Part shown: piece after piece, positions 50,180 to 64,000 of the stretch
Position numbering within the stretch: the stretch's first letter is position 1
How the letters are laid out: the number at the start of each line of letters is the position of its first letter
Assembly (NCBI RefSeq): GCF_006345805.1
Contig: NC_042997.1
Span: forward strand, 94,178,001-94,242,000
Source: Octopus sinensis
Lineage: Eukaryota
Direction of reading: 5' to 3'
Length of the DNA: 64,000 nt
Notes under the pieces: model-generated
Database searches by the model: none
The model's input: only the letters and a program-made list of their open reading frames with translations
What the model was told of the DNA's origin: nothing
Made by a program: the position numbers and the translations under genes

Positions 50180-50949
50180 CTATATATATATATATATATA
50201 TATATACACCACACACAAATAGATATATATATATACATATATCGGGCTATGTAGCTACATACTGCAATATCGCATAAACCATATACTATGATTTGATTCT
50301 TATCACAGCATAGCGTATAGTAGAGGTCCATTCATGTCGAAGACTTATAATGACAACTTAAATCCTAAGAAGAATATGTTTTACTTCATCTAATATGCAG
50401 CATGTTAAATTGTCTTTGGAAAAAATGATGTGATTAAACCTCCTTGTAGTATTACAAAATACAAAAGATGATTGCTCCCAGAATAAAATAGCTAATATCT
50501 TTTGCATCCGAAATCTGATAACATAGCCAACTTAAATTTCCATAAGTATACTGATGCCTCCCAAAACATCTTAAGAATAAAAAGAAAATATATTTTCACA
50601 TAATAACAAGATATTTTTAAATTTCTGTGTTTACAGAAAGGGGCGGAGGCCATGAACTTTCAAGCTCTCCGATATTGATGAAACTGATGTCGCTAATGCT
50701 CCATTTGACCTGTAGCAAAGGAAGAACTGCAAGAAAGACATGAACAAAGTAGAGATTTCAGAGAGCCGAAGTTCTGAGGACGAAGGATTTAACGTGCGAT
50801 GAAAATATTGTTGGTGGCAGCAAAGTTACTAAGAAGTAGCCATCATATTAGTAATAGTAATGATAGAATGAAGAGACAGCACGCTTGTGGACCAGGAAAC
50901 GGTATGCCTGTGTTCTTTAGAGATTGAGAGTCAAGCAGGCCAGTGACCC

Positions 50950-51450
50950 TTCTCTGGGTGCAATCCAAGATGTTTCTGTATGTAGCAGAGGCTACATACC
51001 TAAACGACGTCCCAGATTTAATTCTATAGATATAAATATTGGAGAATGCAGTGTGGTGAAAAGAATATAGAGTTAATATTTTGACTAGAGACATGTCACC
51101 AAAATGTAGACAATGTATTGGAATGCCAGAAACAAAATTAAGCTATAAATGGACTTGTGCAATATTTATTACAAAAGTATAAACAAAGACATAATTCTGT
51201 ATCAATCGCAAGTTGAAAGCTACAACAGAATCTCTATTGCATAAGATATTGAGAGAACCGTAATTGCTAATGTTCACACAAAGATTACACTATAGCAATA
51301 AAGAAGGAAGTTTGAATATAATATCGAAAAGTAACCTGAAAGCAATACTAGAAGGACATTAACTTATATAGTCAAGCAGAAAGAAAACGCTCTTAGATAA
51401 CCAAATTCCCAGGAGTAATATATAACAAAAGGAAAGGCAATATCATGAAA
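50950..51450 (+). mobile_element. Decayed R4-like LINE (CCHC region)
   Basis: SPKCRQCIGMPET and LLQKYKQRHNSV resemble CRxCxxxxET and LAQKxYKxRHxxV. Confidence 0.55.
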
Positions 51451-52004
51451 CTATTGACATAAGACACTAATCAGAAGTCGGCTTATGAGTAAAACTCATA
51501 GAAATTAGGTACCCAAAGCGGCAGGAGGATCCATTATATTTAATTAATTAAATGCAATGAATCCTTCGTTGAGAAGCTTTTAAAAACAATGAGGACTTAA
51601 TAGTGGTAAATGAAATGGTATTTATGTTGCGTTAAAACTATCAGTATTCTGCTGAGGAAATAATACTGATGTATATCGAGGAATATTGGCTGCAAATTTT
51701 GGTACAAGTCCAGGAATTCCGGGGGAGGGTGCTAGTCGATTACATCAACTCCAATGTTCAACTGGTACTTACGTTATCTACCCCCGAATGGATGAAAGGA
51801 AAGGCAATATCATGAAACTATTGACAGAAGGCACTAATCAGAAGCCTGTTTATGAGTAAAACCCATACAAACTAGGTACCCAAAGCTATAAATGGACTTG
51901 TGCAATATTTATTGTAAGAGTATAAACAAATACATAATTGTCTGTCTGCACATAAATGCGCAGACAGACGAAATGCCGCAAAGCACTTTGCCTGGTATGC
52001 AAAC

Positions 52005-52405
52005 GATTCTTTTCTACTCTAGGCAGAAGGCCCGAAATTTTTGGGGAAGGGGCCAGTCGAGCAGATCGATCTCATTGCGTAATTGGTACTTATTTAATCG
52101 ACCCCGAAAGGATGAAAGGCAAAGTTGACCTCCACGGAATTTGAACTCAGAACGTAACGGCAGGCGAAGTACCTATTTCTTTACTACCCACAAGGGGCTA
52201 AACACAAAGAGGACAAACAAGGACAGATAAATGGATTAAGTCGATTATATCAACCCTAGTGCGTAACTGGTACTTATTTAATCGACCCCGAAAGGATGAA
52301 AGGCAAAGTCGACTTCAGCGGAATTTGAACTCAGACGTAGCGGCAGACGAAATACTGCTAAGCGTTTTGCCCTGCGTGCTAACGATTCTGCCAGCTCGCC
52401 GCCTT
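52005..52405 (-). mobile_element. tRNA-derived SINE, two-unit composite
   Basis: Same architecture as 6473-6880, inverted. Confidence 0.85.
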
Positions 52406-54541
52406 TTGATAACTTAAAAATAATCCACAGTGGTACTGTGTATCGGAATTGGTCATATAGATAAAGCTATAGCTGGAATATACTAGTATGCCACGAGCAA
52501 AATGAAATTAAAGCGCGTGACCTTTATTCGTAGGAAATACTTTCTTCGTCTAGCAGGTCATTAGTATTGTCCCTCTTTTAAACTTTAAATTACTGATATT
52601 AACTTCTATTAACAGTAACACTAACCACACATTTTACTGAAAATAACCATCAAAATTTAGTCATGTTACACTATTTATTATCTTAGACAACATTTTTAAT
52701 TATAAGTTGACAGCAGTTTTCAAACTTTTAATTGCAGAGTGAATCACTCAGCCAGATAGAATTTAATCTATTTTATACATCTTAGTTCACTTTCATTTTA
52801 ATAAGCTCATTAATAACTTGTATTCAGTAAAAATATGTAGTATTTAGAAAAAAAATTACGAAAATCCTTCGAAAGTCTTTGAGACACACTATCCAGAAAT
52901 TTAATTATTCTATTTTTAGTTGGGCCAAATATCTAGGTTTTGCTGTATAAACAAATTATGTTTTATCTTCGAAATCTACCATAATGTGTTATAACAAGTG
53001 AGTAAACTACATTTCTGTAAAAATCATTCCCTGAGTTGCACAGCACACACTTAAGGACATGTTTATAGAGAGTTCCTGAAGCTAATGAAATCAAAACAAT
53101 TATTTTATTCTTCCTTCAAGAATAGCAAAATTTATTCTATATATGATCTTCTCTTAAAAGAATTCACCTTGTTTTGTGTGACTTCGTAACACCGGAACTG
53201 AGGCGCAAGAATTTAGGGTAACATTACATATGTATAGAATATCAGGGCATCTGAAAAAAGATTTCTTTTAAAAACAAGAAGTCAATGAAAAATACGATCA
53301 TACGATTCCATATATTTCTCAACGACTTTGATAGTACAAATGACAAGAAACGGCAACAACGGGAAAATAAAACTGGGTTCCAGAGTCACTTCTTCAGAGA
53401 TTTATTTCATACACTTTGTAGTTCGCGCCTCAGGGATAAAAGCAAGCAAACAAAACAAGCCTACGTAAATATTTTTGTATTGATTGTGTTTGTTTACTGT
53501 TATTAAGGAACGGAATAGAATTCATGTTGAATTTATGAAACTTTGTTGCTTCACACGCAGTTATACACAGAAAGAAAAAAAAACACATATACAGAGAGAA
53601 ACACAAATTCACACCACAGATATACTCATGCACAAACAATAATAATAATAATAATATAATTTATAGATAATCTTACTATAATCACTACAAGAAATAATAT
53701 GGATCATTTGTCTATACACATCACTTAAATTTCCACCAGCTTCAACTGCGAATTGGAAGATTGAAGCTGGCAAATAAAACAGGGTCAAAACAGAACTGTG
53801 ATATGTTCTGAAACCTAATTACAAAACTTTCCTCTTAATATAACTTTTCCAGTTGGAATAATCTTGCAGCTGGCGCATTAATGACATTGACCGATACAAT
53901 GACGTTTTCAACGTGCAAAGTATTGATCTTATAATCTTAATTTAAGACCTGTTCTCTGATATCTAAACACCACCGATACTCTTCCATATCTACTATACTA
54001 CACCTACAACGATATTTCTTCAGATTTTCTCAACCGATTATAATTATCTCCAGAAGAACTGCAATTTGTAAAGTCATTCGCTTCATGAAACATTCTAATC
54101 CTTAGCTTTAATGTCAAATGTCTAGGCTTCATTAAGAATGGATTAGACTCGTACTTAACTTCTATCATAACTGTTCTTGTTTAAAATCTCAGAGCAGTCT
54201 CGTCAAATATTTTCAATTAACGTACGTTGAATTATGCTGTACTGATTGATCAGTGTTGTGTGATAAAATCTGAGAGCTAATCGCTCAATGAAGCCATACA
54301 TTGGGTGGGTATGTCTATCGAAGAATTATAACAGGTAATTAACTAAGAAATAGGACATTATCAATAATGTTTTTCGAGGTTCAACACACCTGCGAACTCT
54401 GTTTCCTAGATCTAGCTAGGCAGTGTTTAAATTACATTGAAAATAGGTTAAGATACCTCAGAAATTTGGGCGGAGTTGATGATATCGTATCATTTCTGGG
54501 ATAATTCATTAATTAGTCTTTAATTATTTTAAATGTGCGTG

Positions 54542-54572
<31 letters not shown>

Positions 54573-54904
54573 GGTAATAAAACGAATGGTTTACACATGG
54601 TAGCTTACGGGTAAAGAACGGTCAGTTTCAGCGTGATCGTTAGGTTTATAACAAATGAAAGACAGAAGATGGAATATACGAGAATTTATTATTAATCACG
54701 ACAATTGTTTCGACACATCTAGCATCGATTCCTCCTGGGTGGGACACTCAACAACTGGTCCAGGAGCATCAACTAATTTCACGTTGCCTCAATCCACTCA
54801 GCTGGTAAAAATGAGTAATCCTGCGGCTGGCTTCTGCCCCGTTCAGGCGGGGAAGGGAATATATATACTCCAGACAACGGTATATAATGGTATTTGAAGA
54901 TAAA

Positions 54905-55213
54905 CTTAATACATGAGAAAATACAGGAGGATCAATTATGATTGTAATCAACATATTCCCCTCTCAGATTCACACACAACAGTTTTTCTGAAATACGTAA
55001 AGGAAATTGGACTGTTAAGCCTCCGTGATACCTTTAGAACCAGGAAGTTTTCATCAGCCTCTCGTATATGCGCGTGTGTAAGAGGATCGAGCCTCGCAAT
55101 TATACATTCAGCGTTTACTGACACTGTAAAGGAACTCGGAAGGTTAAGCCTCCAACCAGGCCTTTCGTGACACCCTTAGAACCAGAAAGTTTTCGGCACC
55201 ACCTTGTATATGC

Positions 55214-55261
<48 letters not shown>

Positions 55262-55490
55262 ATCGAGCCTCACATTTGTAGTTTACTGGGCCACCGGGTT
55301 ATCTTGGACATTCAGTGTTTACTGAACCCTGTAAAGGAACGTAAAAGGTTGGTCCTCCAACCAACCTTTCCCCATACTCTTAGAGCCAGGAACTTTTCAG
55401 CACCCCCACGTATAGGCGTGTGTGTGTGCGAGGATCGAGCCCCGCATTTGTAGTTTACTGGTCCATCGGGCTACCTGGGACATTCATTAT
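54905..55490. repeat. Tandem array of mariner-MITE right halves plus flank
   Basis: GGATCGAGCC at 55084, 55260 and 55432. TIR-like ends at about 55066, 55208 and 55412; homologous to the 21400-21613 MITE. Confidence 0.8.
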
Positions 55491-56023
55491 GCACTCACAC
55501 ACATTCACACAAATATGCATATTTACCAGCGCATGCATACAAATATTCGTTGTTTATAATGATAGGATAAATATATAGAAACGAATTAGAAACGAATTAG
55601 AAACGAATTACGCCCGTCAGTTGGTAAAGAAAAGAAAACAAAGAAAACCAACAACAATTTTTCGAAATTGTTCCGAGATAGCAACCCATGTTTCTCTGAT
55701 ATACTATTGAGATACTTACAAAAAACATTTTATTTAGAAAAACGTTCAGTTTAAACGAGAAATAATTGCATGTGATGATAGACAAACGATTGGGATTTCG
55801 ATGGCAAGATGGCGCCATTAGCCCAAAGCTATAAACTCGCACTTGCGTGAACTTTAAACAATTTGCCTACGTTGATATATGTGCCTGTGTGCGTGTGGGT
55901 GTGCTTGTGCGTGTGCTTGTGTATGCGTGTGTAAAATTATGTATGTATGTATATATGTATTATGTGTGTGTATATGTATTAATAGATATGTATACAATGT
56001 GTTATGTATATATATGTATATAA

Positions 56024-56066
<43 letters not shown>

Positions 56067-56902
56067 CATACATACATACATATGTGCGTAGGTATACAAT
56101 GTGCGTAATCATAAATACATATACATGTATTCATACACACGCACACGCATATATACGTTTGTATTAGAGCTTGTGTTTGCATGTGTGTGTGTATGTGCGT
56201 GTGTGTGTAATTCAACATACAGGAGGAGAAAATACAAACCAGTAAAAACAATAAACACCCGAAAACAAAGCAAAACATATGTATTCTGTAAATATGGCCG
56301 ACCAGATGCATAACAAACAGCCTCCTGCACCTCAAAAAAATAAATAAATAAAAATAAAATAAAAAGAATTTAAATTGAAATAAGTCGTATCACCAACAGC
56401 GAGAAACGTGTTAGAAGAGAATAAAAAAAGAAGTCACCAAACGCCAGGAGGTTCTACTTTATCTTCCTATAGAATGCTAAACAACAAAAAACAGAAGTAC
56501 AAATATTAACGATACAAACAAATGAAATATGAAACTATGAAAGAGACATAAATATAGATTATATGTATGGAAGGTCAAAGATGTAAATAATTCATACGAT
56601 AATATCTAGAAAGCGGATCATCATTGAGAACTTCGTTCCTAGAAATAGTTGGATACGTAAAATATGTAGACAAAAGCCACAACACTAACCAAACTTTCAG
56701 GGGATGTAGCCGCCTACACTGTCTTGTTATTCTCGTTGATATGCTTCATACGTTCCTAACACCCATTTGTTATTTGGTGTTTCTCTCTAGCTGTAGTAGT
56801 AAATTATATGTTATGAAAGAAGTGACAGTACCAGTGGTACATTTAAGGATTCAACAAACAATTCGTAAGTAAAATACACACACACATACACACACATACA
56901 CG

Positions 56903-56961
<59 letters not shown>

Positions 56962-57031
56962 AGAGAATGAGAGGGAGAGGGGTGAGATGAGTCCATGAAT
57001 CCGTACATACATGCACATACACACATAAACT

Positions 57032-57960
<929 letters not shown>

Positions 57961-58028
57961 CATTTACTCACGGTGGCCCCTGGTAAAAAAAATATTTAAT
58001 TTTTACCCTGTTTAAAATTGTAAGCGTG

Positions 58029-58060
<32 letters not shown>

Positions 58061-58070
58061 ATATATATAT

Positions 58071-58101
<31 letters not shown>

Positions 58102-58445
58102 TACATATGTATATATATATATATATATACACATATGTATATTAATATAGGTACATATATGTGTGCGTGTGTGCGCGTCTGTGCGTGTGTGTGTGTTTGC
58201 GTATGCGTATGTGTGTACGCATATATATGTGTGTGTGTATGTGTGTGTGTCTGTGTGCATGTGCGTGCATGTTGGTATACATATATATATGTGTGCGTGT
58301 GCGTGATGTGTGTGAGTGTGTGTGCGTGATGTTCCAATTATATATATGTGTATGTGTGTGTTTGTGCGCGTGTGTATGTGCGTTTGTGTATGTGTGTGTG
58401 TGTAAAATGATAATCACTCTCATTTATACGTGTATATATATATAT

Positions 58446-58481
<36 letters not shown>

Positions 58482-59203
58482 GTGTGTGTGTGTGTATACA
58501 TATGCGCATGTATGCGCGGACACACACACACTCACACACAAACACTCACATACATGTATAATATCTCGTATGTTTCATCATATTTGATTAAGACAAAATT
58601 GAATAGTCGGAAGGCATATTACTCTTATGCACAATAAATGTGCATAATTGCATAGTCAGGAGGCATATTATTCTTATTCACTTCAATCTGCGAAAAATGC
58701 TAATGATTACTTCAGAATATCAAATGTAAAACCGCAGGCAAATTTCTGAATTCTACACATTTTCGGTGCCTGAATAAATAGGTGTAATGCATCAATAGTG
58801 TTTTTATTTAATGTTTATAATCTGTAAATCCTTGTGCAACGATCACATATACACATATATGTATATAATAAAGGGTAAAATCATAAATGTTCTTACCAAG
58901 TGGTCAGCGCGGAAATAAAACCTCGAAGGTAAATTAATATAAATATTTTATAATTATATACATAATCATAACAAGGGCTTGGCTTACGCCTCACCATGCA
59001 CTGAAAAATAGGCGTCAGAAGACACTGTTGCCACCATAAATTCTCCGAGAAAAACACGCTACATATAGGCTAGTAGAAGAAAGAAAATGAATTACAAATT
59101 TTGGTTAACCGAGCACATGATCGTGTTTCGGGTTTATAGTAATAAAAGGGATAAAAACATCAAATTTGTTACTAACATGGAAATAATTATTAGAGCTTCA
59201 CCA

Positions 59204-60076
59204 TACGAGGTCTGATCAATAAGGATCCGGAATATTGCCTTAGTAATGAAGCTAAAGCATGCAGAGTGAAACCGCTGTACATGCGCACTGGGTTTTAACG
59301 TTCTAGCTCACTTCAGCTCTTTACAGCAGTGCTTGGAAGGACGGTGTGTAGCGTGTGATCGTCGCATTGGCCATGATAGAGAAAGCTGTCATGGAGATAT
59401 TAGCTCAGAGGCCTACACAAAGTTGCAGAAAGTGTATGGAGAGGAGTGTATGAGCCGCACACAAGTGTACGAGTGGTTCAGACGTTTCCAAGATGGCCGA
59501 AAAATGTCGATATTGACGAACATTCTAAGAGACTTTCAACCAGCAGAACTAAGAAACACATTGCAGATGTGCGTGCAGCTGTAAGGGTAAATCTTCGAAT
59601 CACCATCCGTGAGTTATCAGAGAACATGCAGATAAGTTACGGTTCAGTTCAGTGAATTATCACTGAAGATTTGGTTATGAGACGCATGTCTGACAAGTTT
59701 GTGCCAAAACTGCATTCAGTTGACCAAAAAGACACTCGGGTTTCAGTTGCAGAAGATCTCCTTGATTGTGTCGAGAACGATGAAAACATTTTGTAAACTT
59801 TGCGTAGGCCTCTGAAGATGTATCGCCAAGGTCTTGGCAAAATTTTATGCAAATTCTCTGCTCAACTTTTTCTGTCATGGTCAATGCGACGATCACACGC
59901 TACACACGTTCCTTCCAAGATCTGCTGTGAACAACAGAAGTAAACTAGAACATTGAAATGTAATGCGCATGCACAGTAGAGTTCAAGGTCAATCTGTGCC
60001 AAGCGACTTTACTCTGCATGCTTTATAGATTCGGTACTATGTCAACAGTCCGGATACTTATTGATCAGACCACGTA
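59204..60076. mobile_element. Non-autonomous mariner made of two inverted 5' ends (foldback)
   Basis: 28-bp ends TACGAGGTCTGATCAATAAGGATCCGGA and its inverse (26/28). The plus strand encodes SEAYTKLQKVYGEECMSRTQVYEWFRRFQDGR...KFVPKL; the minus strand encodes MTEKVEQRICIKFCQDLGDTSSEAYAKF. Confidence 0.88.
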
Positions 60077-61827
60077 TACCATTGAAAACTCGAGCTGTAA
60101 TTTACGCTTGGAAATAACCGTCCTTATCTTTATCTTTATATAAACTCATTGAACCACAGACACGAATTACCCACGAGATGAGTGATTCTTTCAGGAAAGT
60201 GTATAAATATTTCTCAGATAAGAATTTTTCATAAGATATTCCTTACCTAAGAGCACACGGAAGAAAATAGTCGAAAATTGTAGGTTCACTATAGTTAGCA
60301 TTTTGCAATCTAACAATAAGCTTCACTCTTTTGTTTTGCTCCAATTCAGTTCTTAACTCAACTGATTCCTCTTAATCAATCTATTTATCTTTAAAGTTCC
60401 TTCTATCTTTATCATATGTGGTTAGTGGAGGAAATAAATCTTGGCCTAGTTAAGGTTTCTCCGACTACAAAATTTATTTTCATGCTATTCATTTAAATCC
60501 TTTAGGGTCACTCTAAGTTTGAATGATACGAACATCAAATACTGAACTCTTCAATCTTCTTCAAGAGTACTACTTTGAACTAATTTGTGTGGATACGTAT
60601 ACCTTGGAAAACTTCCAACGTGATTGAACCAACAGGATGCAATTAAAAGCTACATCTTAGGACATCTTAGGACAGCAAAAACACTATCGGAATGAGAATT
60701 AACTAGAATGTATTGTATATAATAGTGTAATAAACAAGTCTTCGGGGATATATAGTTTTCCATTCTTATTTATGATATCTTCATTACATACATAATACAT
60801 ACATACATACATACATACATACATAATACATACATACATACTTAATATGTATATATACATATATTTATACACACACATATACACATGTATGTATGTATAA
60901 ACGTACATATATATATGTATGTATATATGTATGTGTGTATGTATGTATGTATGTATGTATGTATGTATGTATGTATGTATGTATGTATGTGCCTATCTAT
61001 CTATCTATCTATCTTACTTGGGGTGCAATAGACGCTGTTGATTCTTCATGTATTTAGAAGTACATTGCGGCAAAGATAGTTACTATGAGAAAACTGGTCG
61101 TTTCGTGTTAATTTACTGTAATATTTCATTTAAATAATTGGTCGTTAACGACAGGCGATTTGTTGTTAATTTACGATCGTTGCACTAACCGGTGAGATAG
61201 TAGATTTACGTAAATTAGCACAACACTTTTCAATTATAAAGTAATTATTTTGCTGCTTCTCACTTAATAGGACGATGTTGTTTAACTTGATTCAACCATA
61301 ATTGAGCTGGCCTACGATCCAATCATGCCTATATCATCTGTTTTGTAGGTATATGTAAAAACTTTTTGCGATGTGTCTTTTCATTTCCCGAGAGAATAGG
61401 TACGGTTTAAGGGAGATTCGGGTACCATTTCAAATAGGTGTGGTTTCGTAACTACGTTGTTTGCAGTTTAATCTCTCTGTGCGGCCCCTTGGGCATGTGT
61501 CTCCTACTATAGCTCTGCACCAATCAATGCCTTCTGATTGAATTTAGTAGAGGTAAAATATGTAGGAGCAGTCATGTATGTACGTGGGCTCGCGTGTATA
61601 TGTGTAACTCGCTTGTATATGTGTTTATGTTTGCCGTCCACCGCTTGACAACCAATGCATGATGGTTACTTAATTTTCCCTTTCCTTACAATGTGAAAAT
61701 GAAAGTTAAGTAGCCTTTTATGTACTTCTGGCACAAATGCCTATCTTCAGAAATACAATTTAAAGTTATATATGTTTGTATATTGTTGATTGGTTTACAG
61801 GAGTGACTTCAGTTTGTCTGTGCAGTA

Positions 61828-62159
61828 CAGTGGTTCTCAACTGGGGTCCATATAAGATTTTGCAGGGTCCTCGCCACAAAGGAGTAAATTAGATATCTAC
61901 AATACTATTTAAGGACTCCTGAAAAAAATTTTTTTTGGATGTATGTATTGTTATGTATTGCAAGAAACATCTAGGTTTCTTTCTCTAGCATTTTACATGG
62001 TTCAACCTACACAAGTTAATGTGTGAAAAGCAAAATAAGAATTTTGAAAGAAGTTCCTATAAAATTAGTCTTAATACACCGAATTGTTATGGGGGTCCAC
62101 CAAAATAAAATAGTACTCAAAGGGATCCATAAATAAAAAAAAATGGTAGAGAAACTCTG
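61828..62159. mobile_element. hAT-type MITE relic
   Basis: CAGTGGTTCTCAAC...GTAGAGAAACTCTG (11/14 inverted match); 8-bp TSD not preserved. Confidence 0.5.
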
Positions 62160-62429
62160 TTACTCCAGTGCGGGGATTGTGGTACTGAAGTAGCAGCAGC
62201 AGTTCTCCTCAAATGGTGCTATCAGTTGTGGATGGGCTAGGAATAGGTTTGCTGTAATAGTGATGAAAATAACTATCTGCATTGATATTGGTGATGGAGG
62301 AAGTAGATGTCGTAGTAGTAGTGGTCAGTGCTGATATCTTGGGAGGTAACGGTATATCTCATAGTCGTTGTGATGATAATATCGGTCGTGGTAGCGGTGA
62401 AATTGGTGTCAGTAAGTAAAGTTACCTTC

Positions 62430-62655
62430 TCGAGTCATAAGGGCCGGTTTCCCAGTTTCCATCGCCTATGAATTCCTTATCTGTTACAGTAATCCATCAC
62501 GGGATTACTCATCTTTGCCAGCTGAGTGGATGTGAGTAACGTGAAATGAAGTGTTTTGCTCATGAAAACAACGCGCTGCCCAGTCCAGGAATCGAAACTA
62601 CAATCTTACAATGATGAGTCCAACACCCTAACCACTAAGCCAAGCGCTTCCACAG
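62430..62655 (-). mobile_element. tRNA-derived SINE
   Basis: GGAATCGAAACTAC...CCCTAACCACTAAGCCAAGCGCTTCCAC is the antisense of a tRNA-like head. Confidence 0.7.
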
Positions 62656-62686
62656 TTTGGTGCTTGTAGGCTTGATGAACTCACCG

Positions 62687-62779
<93 letters not shown>

Positions 62780-62984
62780 ATTATCTTTCTATCTACCTCT
62801 CTCTCTCTCTCTCTCTCTGTCTATCTGCTTTCAATAGAAGCGATGTCGCCCAATACTCCATTCTCGAGATGTGAGAGGTGAGTGCAATGCAAAGAGCGTG
62901 TTCATGTAAAGAACGCAGAAGTAGTCAGCTAAATCAGTTCAGGTGGAGAAAAAATTATTTATTACGAAAATATAATCCCACGCT

Positions 62985-63330
62985 CCTGAAACAATAGAAG
63001 AAACGTGTCAAGTTCTCAATGACAGTTTCGATAATCTAGCGGAAGCATGTCAAAGGGTCATACCCACTTATGGAAACTCTATGGAGAATTGTATGAAGGA
63101 AAAGAAGAGAGCAGCATATCCTGCTAACCTAATAGGTTAGAAAAGATGATACTTCCTGATAATGCATTTGATGAGGCACATCCAAAAATCAAATCAATTT
63201 CCAATAAACTTCAAAGATAACATTATGTTAGATATCCTTGGAGAATTATTTTAAACTTATTTTTTAATAAAAATTTGTCTTTTTAACCTTATTTCATTTA
63301 ATTTTCGAGACACTAAGGGTTTAAAAAAGG
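62985..63330 (+). mobile_element. Possible Tc1/mariner transposase C-terminal relic
   Basis: PETIEETCQVLNDSFDNLAEACQRVI resembles PxTIEEL...CxRV; TIR-like TTTCGAGACAC downstream. Confidence 0.3.
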
Positions 63331-63379
63331 TTTTAATTCATGTAATTTTTATTTAAAGAAATTCTGTATCACACCCAAC

Positions 63380-63830
63380 CGTTTTATTCCTTTCTACTCT
63401 AGGCACAAGGCCTGAAATTTTTGGGGCGGGGCCAGTCGATAAAATTGACCTCAGTTCGCAGTTGGTACTTAATTTATCGACCCTGAAAGGATAAAAGGAA
63501 AAGTCGACCTCGGCGGAATTTGAACGTAAAGGCAGGCGCAATACCTGTTTCTTTACTACCCACAAGGGGCTAAACACAGAGAGGACAAACAAGGACAGAC
63601 AAACGGATTAAGTCGATCATATCGACCCCAGTGCGTAACTGGTTCTTATTTAATCGACCCCGAAAGGATGAAAGGCAAAGTCGACCTCGGCGGAATTTGA
63701 ACTCAGAACGTAGCGGCAGACGAAATACCTGTTTCTATACTACCCACAAGGGGCTAAACATAGAGGAGACAAACAAGGACAGACAAACGGATTAAGTAGA
63801 TTATATCGACATCAGTGCTATATCGACATG
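63380..63830 (-). mobile_element. tRNA-derived SINE, tandem composite
   Basis: Two to three units of the 190-634 family. Confidence 0.85.
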
Positions 63831-64000
63831 GTACTTGTATAATCGAGGTCGATAGAATAAGTGCCAGTTAAACACAAGTGCTGATGTAATCAACTCCGAA
63901 CCCCTCTAAAATTCCTGACTTTATGCCAAAATTTGAGTCCATTATCACCTGGAAATATATCAACATTTTTCCTGTCCAAACTCCAACCCTGACAGAACAT

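Noticed and set aside
55800-55830. YY1-like CAAGATGGCGCC as a transcription start region
   Set aside because: No splice donor or ORF support; single short motif.

Overview
AT-rich, repeat-dominated eukaryotic DNA with one 100-N scaffold gap. The SINE families, microsatellite load and transposon content look like an Octopus genome (recognition-based inference, not verified). I can support no intact host gene; most ORF-track entries are translations of (TA)n/(CA)n/(AAT)n tracts. The window holds many tRNA-derived SINEs, at least five R4/Dong-like RLE LINE relics, Penelope-like element (PLE) fragments, five mariner relics, MITEs, a non-autonomous Helitron, a Tigger relic and a LINE-like element carrying only ORF1. 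The best find is at 26.07-26.63 kb: an intact minimal type I hammerhead ribozyme on the minus strand (26279-26323). It lies inside a 351-nt permuted monomer with a 35-nt terminal redundancy, joined to an inverted partial copy that starts 1 nt from the predicted cleavage site. This looks like a retrozyme / circular-RNA-derived retroelement footprint. Other leads are an ORF1-only LINE, a decayed carbohydrate-sulfotransferase-like frame, a 2A-like peptide ORF and a mariner built from two 5' ends. Boundaries of degenerate relics are approximate, and protein family calls come from motif recognition by eye.
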